Part shown: positions 61,801 to 64,000 of the stretch, piece after piece
Position numbering within the stretch: the first letter of the stretch is position 1
Layout: each line of letters opens with the position of its first letter
NCBI GenBank assembly: GCA_963667255.1
Contig: OY762940.1
Location: 448,001 to 512,000 of the forward strand
Reading direction: 5' to 3'
Length of the DNA: 64,000 bases
DNA from: Candidatus Cloacimonadota bacterium
Lineage (GTDB): Bacteria > Cloacimonadota > Cloacimonadia > G963667145
Made by a program: the position numbers and the translations under genes
The notes under the pieces: generated by a model
What the model was told of the DNA's origin: nothing
The model's input: the letters and a program-made list of their open reading frames with translations, nothing else
Databases searched by the model: none

Positions 61801-64000
61801 AATATAGCTACAAATCCTACATATTTTGTTACCGACAGTGGATATGCGAAGATGGGCGAGATTAATCGTGCGTGGATTACGGTAAAGAACGATACGAGCT
61901 TGATTAGTTTGAACATAAAGGGTAGCAATGTAGGCGATTCCGCATATAGCGAATTTGATGCTTCGAGTGCCTTGAGCAATACTTGGATTTCCAAGGTGTA
62001 TCTGAAAAAATACAACATACAAACCGATCTTTACAGTAGCTTGGGAACTATGACATCAAGCTCATCAGTTTATCGTGATACTATAAGAAGTAATTTTGGT
62101 AGTATTTACAAATATAGATTGGAATTTGTAAACAGGATAGAACCGGGCAAAACTTTGGATTTCAGCACATTTACTACACTGAGGAAACCTTCTGCGGTTG
62201 AATGGAAACCGTCCACCTTGGCTACCAAGAACATCCAAATAGGAGTAACCAGTCCTGGGACAAATGGGACAATAGACTCTATTCTTTTGTATAGAGTTGC
62301 TCCCAATAAATTGAGCGAGAACGACACTATTATAGTTGCTTACCAAACAGGATTAAATCCAAATACTATTACAGACACTACAGGTTTGATACAAGGATTG
62401 TTCTATACTTACACAGCCGCTTATTACAATAGCACAACGGGACTCTCCAGAGTGAGCACATCTAAGACTAAGGCTTATGCCAAATTGGAAGCTCCACAGT
62501 TTATTTTCGTGGGGAATGGAGTTAGTAAAGACACGATTTCGTTGGTATGGAACAAGATAGATGGTGCTGTAAACGGATATTTCTTGTGTCGCGACACCTC
62601 TGTGGCAGGGGATTTTAGTTCTTACGACACTGTTTATATTGCATCTGATAGCAAGGATACTACATATCCGGATCTTACTGCTTATGAGCAATGTAAGAAA
62701 GTTTACTATAGAGTGGTAGCAAGAGGATATGACACTACTTCGGTTCTTACTGAGTGCAATGTAGGAGCGGGAAGCAGAGCATACAGAGGCGTGAATGATT
62801 TAGTGGGAATAAATATGCCACAAAAGACAGTCACAGCGTTCCAATTCACTATACCGAGTTCGGTTACTTTGGACGATACCTATGAGACTACTAATTTCAA
62901 AAAAGGCATCAAATTGATGCGCTATGACCTTGTGGACAGCATTAATAGTGTGGATAATAGATTTATAGTTCCGCCTGCCTCTGTGAATATAACTAGATTG
63001 AATAATACTTATACGATTAAAGATAATAGTGCTCCTAAATTGAAAAATCTTTATTTCTATAAAGTTATTTTGAAAGTTTCTGGCAGTGGTTCTGTGACAG
63101 ATCCGTCCAATATGGCAAAAGGTTGGTTGGCTCCGCCTGCAGTGGAGAGCGTAGTGGCTACTTCTGGCAAATTGGATACAGTGATAGTTACTTGGAACAA
63201 AATAGCTAAATCTACAATAGAGAATGACACGGTTAACTCTTATATTATCGCCAGATGTGGAAGTGATAAATCCTTGATAGAAAAGGTTGAGGTCAAAGGC
63301 TCTGATTCCTTATTCTACGATTATTCAGGAAATATTTTTAATAATGAATTCCAACCAGGCAAAGACTATAAGTATTATGTTTTGGCAAAAGTTACTATAA
63401 AAGAGGATACTGTAGCTACGACGGATGTTAAGAATTGTGAAATCACGATGACATCCGATACGAGCAATATTGCCAGTGGTTGGGCAGAGATGAAGCCTTT
63501 GGGCAATGCTAAAATAACAGTAGACACAGGCGATATAAGAGGTATTTCCAAAACTTATCCATCTGTCACCAAAACAGATACCACGCTGGTATTTAGCGTA
63601 GATATGAGTGCGAAAGAGTATCAAAAATATTCTATTGCTTACAGGAAATTGTATGGCTCAGCAAATCAGTTTGATAGTGTGGGATATATTGTAGGACAAA
63701 ATATAACTGTTTTCAGAGACACAATAACCAAGGCAGGTCAAATTTTGCACTACAGATTCAGATTGGGTAACGACCATCTGTCCGAAAATTATACCGATAC
63801 TTTGGCTTATACTAAATTGCGTCCTGCTGCAGCCATAGAGAAGTCAGCGACAGAGAAAAGCTATGTAAAAATCAAGGTTACTTTGCCTGCAAATAACGCC
63901 TCGGTTGATTCCATTTTGGTGCTCAAGAGCACTACAGCAGGTGTAGCTCAAGATACTATTATCTATGCCGGCACCAGTGCATCGTTTATTCTTTTGACTG
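43879..64000 (+). CDS. Giant surface lipoprotein (>=6,707 aa, 3' end beyond the window) made of tandem fibronectin-type-III-like repeats
   Basis: SD AGGAG 43866-43870, ATG 43879, upstream in-frame stop at 43858. Signal MEACRNSRAVKRVLIALCMLMSLFVG-C27. Every frame +1 segment translated was open, the last codons read IYAGTSASFILLT, and the ORF track has no frame +1 ORF here, which implies no stop. Recurrent ~100-aa unit A(T/S)xGxYxDxIxxxW...YxVYR...YxD...GxxYYYxVxA...G(W/Y)xxLxxP. Confidence 0.93.
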   Translation, partial: MEACRNSRAVKRVLIALCMLMSLFVGCTTVVEESISSPVASATQAVYEDKIVIEWSKVSGVSEYEVYRSSTNSDNFSSDYKSIGSVTTTKYEDSYSSLCPGKAYYYKVRSVKGSTKSTPRSSPAVGWLKIPTLSNISVSKGTDTSKISLTWKVPDRIKTGAELGLSGYAVIYYSENSSDVTSGSTINITLASLKNSEGKEIKDNIKKGQVYYFRTQIFVVDEGTKSSEKTPLDSGWTKVSSPVNVYATKGEYSDKIIVTWDKVYGVSGYKLYSSTDGGSNYSNFAEAASGTTVFTNRSYSWTGASLGTEYRFKVTCVKDNDETGINSGIDSKDTSGVYNNLGYTKYEAPTIIGITTDSVDFVRVTVKTTKAPSSGEDLKVQLYRREQGATTIKELSNSVGTVVSSGGYGIDTLEDNTSSGLIPGKKYYYCAIVYRNSSGSQLGKSNYSTEQVGWCTISAPSSVSVTKGYDTLLVKWTKVINSQYYYVLRKEGINGSWSKLPIVTADTTLDQMSLIQTKYDIETGKVYYYKVRSKNDIESADSNSDSGWIKIATPSSFTSKGIYENYVELVWTAVTNAKEYILSRKIYGSSSAYVAIDTVSNVTTYQDTGLAQATQYLYQIQTVSNVRNSSGEYEKSDKLTISSTAKTALKVPVLDSVSSNLSDRINMYWKLVSGQTYKIYYMDVNGGWVNIGTSTDSTIILTPAGNSLVYGRVYTFAITTTKGDAWGESDKSNPLEGYMRLDSAYNLSATRDEYSDRINLTWKSVANTGATEYYVYRTTTTESANFTYLAKVDTNSSTEHSYSDQSSSLDGDAKYLYKVRTFRSDFNTKQPNDIRYSNVDTGWLMIQPPTFTRASIGTSSDTISLFFAKNSSGKYNIYYKTNSNGTATLFKTITDSVTKSLGSNNLQYNLGAYKTSTATSNVINVDTGQVLYFAMTTVGTSRESGKTPFKPGFTKLPTPTFNTGATKGSISKIDIGWNKITAGEDNISYQMIRTTTQNEDTTFSVSNNGTCTDISNLREGFKYTYRVQAINATAQTQAAATYGSSTDLSGTKSLWSDTTTGYSKLLPVNNFMATGPNGTSVEDKVTLTWTNKGARIYCSVLRSEQSTIKWDTIYSGLVNVGTYPDATAADNVLYYYKLRIASEDYPTIFATCDSVSGYVKPSPPKNVDASKAAYLSKIVVSWSKVGLASSYQICRYTESNDSVVLTKDISELTTTNDTVFFSDDQVEKGNYYTYKVRGILSDNSQTEYSDITTTYKKEKATGYTKIPAITNIVATDGKYEDSVIVTWDSLPVAETYLVQRSKVGGTSSSDTIQQTVTTNRLVDKKGGTFIDGKKYEYRVAAQKGTNLSNDWKALYDVGYLWLSGPTGVAATKDLQDTIVITWDFLTTVSDVTEYQVWEQAREDGATDTELKAGLSSTTKRWVYTVPTNDKGAILKFYVKAVSTAFGTSAKSAVASGYTRLDTITKFTASGSSTERSINLSWISSNNSDSTVLYRKSGSSWVNFATLPSNTISCKDTNLVVGKRYYYRAQAKRSDATTGTTIYSPYVYADTLLTIPTIAFDTITKGDYLSYVKLTWKGLASGDELRFQIFVYSNVTDYNSGNNVYDTLAVEENGKTYYEFKHSSVTASSGKFLTGTKYYYKIRTQTTSGGVWSSLTLPVTGKPYYGWTKTPSPTIKSVSKDSVGAIYLKWKANSSATKFQVFRNFTYPGKEETLNISVNDTALRDVEKLFTGHEYSYKIRAINESCENDTSEWTSSVIGIAKLLSPEDVSVTKGTVVDTIVVTWRMPKNISDQSYGATKYTVYKSETKDASSMSYVGDTTLKDWNSSNNSTVSFRDVLSSKELGKLYYYGLKAAVGAEVSGFSAFDSGWAKIPAPTFTAYTAQSGGYNLKSDSIRITWSDPCSLNNPSTTYELEYKIGDAVGITVSNIPAATKDTTWFVDTLNRYKKTTIRIRSKRSTFGESVWSEWIETYTAMPTPEIPKVITGLSTELKKVKINYVCPNDWVDTICFYRETAGSPNTSTLVYKIANAGVGKSSSFYDTTSVCLAVKYAYKVRFYKTITNFSSASDTVCITIPVLPPDNLVATQGTYEDKIILTWDGVQAGSGVTISYNVYVDSNSTAEFTNYANTTASTGLRITGNSSPTKNPEYEVPYGTTLPNNATEKWFNLVLGRNYTFAVTTNMTTAFVNSSSNLSSISSMTKGYARISRPKVISASKGTDEDIITVKWRASDAYKHDALVSYQIYRLNQETGVMDSSLVMKASDLTKNGDTLTLVQRSSANNLAEKVKYSYRIKALMTASGEVTTAHSSLISTDSVVGWLALSSPKNFTASDGLSADSIYLKWSNPSKLTTQVYACDSLVGLWNNQIITVVDSHYSVSTSNEKDQGVYKYYGAKFYHPVFGVSSVSSTCQDSGYALFSGITIKSISMGEYLDTIKIVWDTFRNATSYGVQYREKGSSVWNTKDDIIGNKYSISGINGVSRGILHYVRVRAANGIVNRSANEGYGTVDTGFTQLDSVGGFSATKGDLPDTIRLNWSRVLNAEYYSVYRSENNSNFILIDTTANLEYGDTTKNLTYGKTYYYKVLGVNNLTVNLAEKYKNYSPVDTGWMDIPAPQNVTATKGTYDNKVVISWTPINRVEGYVIDTARSNDENLYAKIDTVLPTSQDEYHVYVNEIPGGKLERGVRYFFKVRAFTSQRMNTIAKANQDNGYIALNAPENIQASKGTSADTITLSFKVSNNLNTLENYEIQRKSKSTGDTSDVSFDANTFNVSGGIITIYDVNSLQRSKGYIYTYRVKCKKGQIESGWSSWSDYGWINLTPLTITVANEQDSLMTDSIKISWNKGAQQFSQVNQLKIYYDTMSVPTNGWQSVLVLSKATELNKGYLMINTQENTNFLAGTMYYFRAKSCYYEDAIEISSAFSALDSGWYKLRAPTITYSSIGESADTITIRWNAQSDLPHSSISDMKYVVSRGSVSEYKVLSNNQTYFYDTTGVEEGVSFTYTVTAKHPKYLNSAASSSAIGYAKLIAPVLMGVTAGGDSITVKWAYSMSKLSSIDSFYLYRKESYSGAEGTPIGRIQVNTSKTTYSYSDKNCELGKDYYYYLRAYKSGLKLSDTSKVGVAALDLIAPSMYSVSRGAHTNKIVVEWTGTQYSEQYVLFRSTSATFGTKDTIDTVASLPTIYTDDNKGRGLTDGTVYYYKVVAKRGNHLSSESGYMGGYTKLLKPSIDSLSQNQEKVYLKWNKNGGNSSSARVMVGEDVQVATIKDSASLLVDSTTDLVGYFSNSNAWFVKGKEYYAKVKTYTRETRVMKSGGSSETIEIVSDYSEVKKFFTNISTPSLTVTSGKLDTLLIQWNRIDADVVSDITVQWTEKGFGSSTDTMTTNIVNNGNDSIGNIKVAYSGEATLQPGVKYTFRIMFKRGAITSAWSDEKKGWTKLPAPTNFSASKGDYDDSIRFTWNNYRENTDTLKDNTYQYVIYYYDGSNYQAMTGGTITDKKKFYGITLPMDGIVTRGVMTKFRIKGETNPALEISSQSTNLSSDSGHTRLMIPISGGTATDDLENQIKISWNALISSASDISAYKNLKVVYQLERRKSGDAFMGNTLASIDSLQQESYTDTKSLDPRYVYYYRVRFYSEVYFDRYSNSSKSSSPWYVIADSGSIAINPPTIKAHEDGAFYTDRVELDVQRSVGSDSAYLYREENSSGTFTLIDTIVFSDGVTGQGAYLYYKDSLRIVPGSCYSYYAIALNGARKSDKGAEFKSYTKLKAPASLSVSDGLYDDRVIAKWDTVSRAEGYCIWVYKEGNETTVVDSVEIGNQDSTINLVKGTILKNIVIGQIYTFKIGAWNNTAIYNSRKIYSDKTSDDGYLRFTLPSYVTLSQDSTDFVKLQIGYTSSGFSLYVFRSADSSVVKGTQSNWGEYKKISVSTDYDSTKNEYICKDVLSSTSGIAGVRYAYMVQIYKSGMVKAISDTFKTYLKNETGKKYGWGKAGVYDGTDGAIEASQGISEDSIVVTWSHPSERKYVNSVRYEWVEYDVSTGLAQDSAVVSDTFVIRSAQSKDVGQPVKNGYKYKYRIRKKFYDENGALYTTSGLSINSGTGWANLEKPSIKLTVTSDGDFVISQQKNNNINAFRVYKNINGGENSSEIEVAAGGYYIDSVIYNKYNIGKKVKYTIRTINKTFDLESALSDPVDTFYMLYSPKYVKASQSDYTDKIVLKWHWGTARTALVDSFVVDRYNLSTGAKEKQYKFSGSYDSKLSYSGSGVIGTDTCSYEDNADIKQGVSYLYSVKSLRANPSGIRISTDSGSGTGHAKFSAPTNVSATDNKSDVVLKWDSIRNQGTVTNFFIFYSPTQNGSYSKLTKTGSVAKPNDTTFTDDEIPQGTIRWYKVAAFNSVSDTGVKSVAVRGYALMDPMAGVTCWKGVNADTIKVTWTKLSVYQSYYIEWSISKELGSDGRFVSRLGNVGAYENSTYSKDSLFIPISADSLRGRKIYIKLWAQNQYGGSEPVLDSGYTKLKPPSSFSVSKGTTLDSIKVSFSPRTGTNAASYNVYLSTTKSKSTSANAEIAITGYKGHDTTIAVESNKKGHYYYGSVQAVSGLDNASSELSVDSGYSRIPIVAGIYLDSLTSGDIAVSWTPVAIGGDSVNYNIYRSANDGNFIQIASGYYATLTSGKIKYTDSECIPGDKCTYYLVSKAWQRPNTNAREVILSDTSAHASTYAQIGMVSNFMQDSTAYSDSKVNLMWKQRGDIDTYYIYRSSFVDRDNAKEIIVAVTDGNYYYSDGSDSISTQSGMLWHYWIRARKNSNFGIWTPNTTEGLLAYTKPRKTTIVSASQGVSSDTIRVVWNKINYVSNYVLQYRVENAATWSNITGIEDTFYTLRRSAQNLQDGVKYDFRVYSVINIGAPSPRGGSNSYYGKKVVSDTSEILKGFVKFEKVSNFYFQNSPDSIKSDTIKLYWNKITASGIIYRIYRNTASDATTASEIVALTDTNVYYDVKGSGETHPQGGKRYYYWITAEKNSLSGTKSEQQAVTIISGTTVGTEHFAWCLLDAPKNGWASGKMKANGEDNNPDQTYSDSIVIKWEKVQNATAYCIQQKKDTTGTIFGNMTGATNITDTQFVWNRSTDNQKGYKYKFRVTAKNDLCGSSNPVYSTEFTGFAKLSAPRQVTAFQKDNQTGIYLSWAHIEGATKYIVYQTENLSAGFSKLYEVSNKGGAVVTIDTSDLTMYPGTRRWYLIRAFNSATGGSDSSTIVDTVCPILPPESLSATKGTSTSGITITWALNDRTKGVDGFYIYRVSPGAASGAGFTVSDTVGKVTSFNQSNGQASFTDQLGASVKGGTDTTRSGVKYLYAIRTYKGDVYSDYTPVSSRDTGWIALPTVTGLTVPVIKAGESFALKWNDSKNIYKDVSYVFKRIKYKKGNFDTTYQYQYDGVITSDTFAIDNSNLENGMVYQYFVKAFNSSYVNYNTESAKVWAESGISSHRGMISTNWSDVSFTGRKFATPTINVLKNGDSLRVDSIYVRWAENSNATSFLFQIDTISTFGSPLLVNKEVANTNRTMDSLYYTLNSGLYKTQDYFFRMKIKNQEYTDAIWDSLTSEWSTADSGWSKLIPPMGISASRTITDSIRVSWTGWSWKNPVTYLVKYVDANSQPGDVSTAKDSVRYRSEFSKGENSITVTTTNSKYGNSNPSAVVKGIGKQPAPQYVSGQRPSQGTYLDSICFEIDEASQNISSQVVNYKIYISDDKNSDAISSDDPDKGEFITSDTDVVRLKLNKGFYSSQYGTKLYIRVSWAVGQGATIYSEKSVIDSGWTKLQAPTNLRKKTLDSPQNTYATGIIWASSANSDSTVIWRRYPNTVGDQYVAIDTVSSSVNYYVDSLPIANRTKTYQYAVQAVNQLDNSESALSTGFSTFVSSIYNISNFTATKGTKADTIVFSWTGNLDSTFVIQVDTVNPVNSVSPNAAIRNLKASDGKKWQLSDNNCQSGRWYYFKIYLEGDENIATNPTYFVTDSGYAKMGEINRAWITVKNDTSLISLNIKGSNVGDSAYSEFDASSALSNTWISKVYLKKYNIQTDLYSSLGTMTSSSSVYRDTIRSNFGSIYKYRLEFVNRIEPGKTLDFSTFTTLRKPSAVEWKPSTLATKNIQIGVTSPGTNGTIDSILLYRVAPNKLSENDTIIVAYQTGLNPNTITDTTGLIQGLFYTYTAAYYNSTTGLSRVSTSKTKAYAKLEAPQFIFVGNGVSKDTISLVWNKIDGAVNGYFLCRDTSVAGDFSSYDTVYIASDSKDTTYPDLTAYEQCKKVYYRVVARGYDTTSVLTECNVGAGSRAYRGVNDLVGINMPQKTVTAFQFTIPSSVTLDDTYETTNFKKGIKLMRYDLVDSINSVDNRFIVPPASVNITRLNNTYTIKDNSAPKLKNLYFYKVILKVSGSGSVTDPSNMAKGWLAPPAVESVVATSGKLDTVIVTWNKIAKSTIENDTVNSYIIARCGSDKSLIEKVEVKGSDSLFYDYSGNIFNNEFQPGKDYKYYVLAKVTIKEDTVATTDVKNCEITMTSDTSNIASGWAEMKPLGNAKITVDTGDIRGISKTYPSVTKTDTTLVFSVDMSAKEYQKYSIAYRKLYGSANQFDSVGYIVGQNITVFRDTITKAGQILHYRFRLGNDHLSENYTDTLAYTKLRPAAAIEKSATEKSYVKIKVTLPANNASVDSILVLKSTTAGVAQDTIIYAGTSASFILLT

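Noticed and set aside
44718..63624. Dozens of short ORFs in the track, suggesting a fragmented or non-coding region
   Set aside because: All are alternative-frame or antisense shadows of the single giant frame +1 gene.
1..64000. tRNA/rRNA genes, prophage, transposase, integrase, reverse transcriptase (DGR/retron)
   Set aside because: No supporting motifs seen by eye; a tRNAscan/Rfam/HMM run would be needed to exclude them formally.

Overview
Bacterial chromosomal window from an AT-rich, diderm (lptC/lptA/lptB, kdsC), probably anaerobic organism. The gene set fits an FCB-group lineage such as Ca. Cloacimonadota, but this is an inference. 1-33.5 kb is mostly housekeeping: partial ychF; hpf-hprK-ptsH-ptsI-yggT-lspA-dnaA, with a candidate oriC just downstream of dnaA; PPIase-yajC-def-kdsC-lptC/lptA/lptB; a tandem-domain thyX; dCMP deaminase, proA, deoC, fba; prfB with a non-canonical GTT-TGA-C frameshift site; rpsO-pnp; CIRCE-preceded clpB; nfnAB; yhhQ, ygeY, ridA and lgt. 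33.6-37.4 kb holds a low-GC restriction-modification module (PLD nuclease plus two MTases) whose ends look like an integron-type gene cassette with no integrase nearby. It is followed by a MacAB-type ABC system, REP-like palindromes and an FMN-riboswitch-controlled EamA transporter. The last 20 kb (43879 to the window end) is one uninterrupted reading frame that the ORF track missed because it has no stop in the window. It encodes a lipoprotein of at least 6,707 aa built from roughly 60 diverged FN3-like repeats, rich in D-[S/T]-hydrophobic motifs that match the Bacteroidota O-glycosylation sequon.
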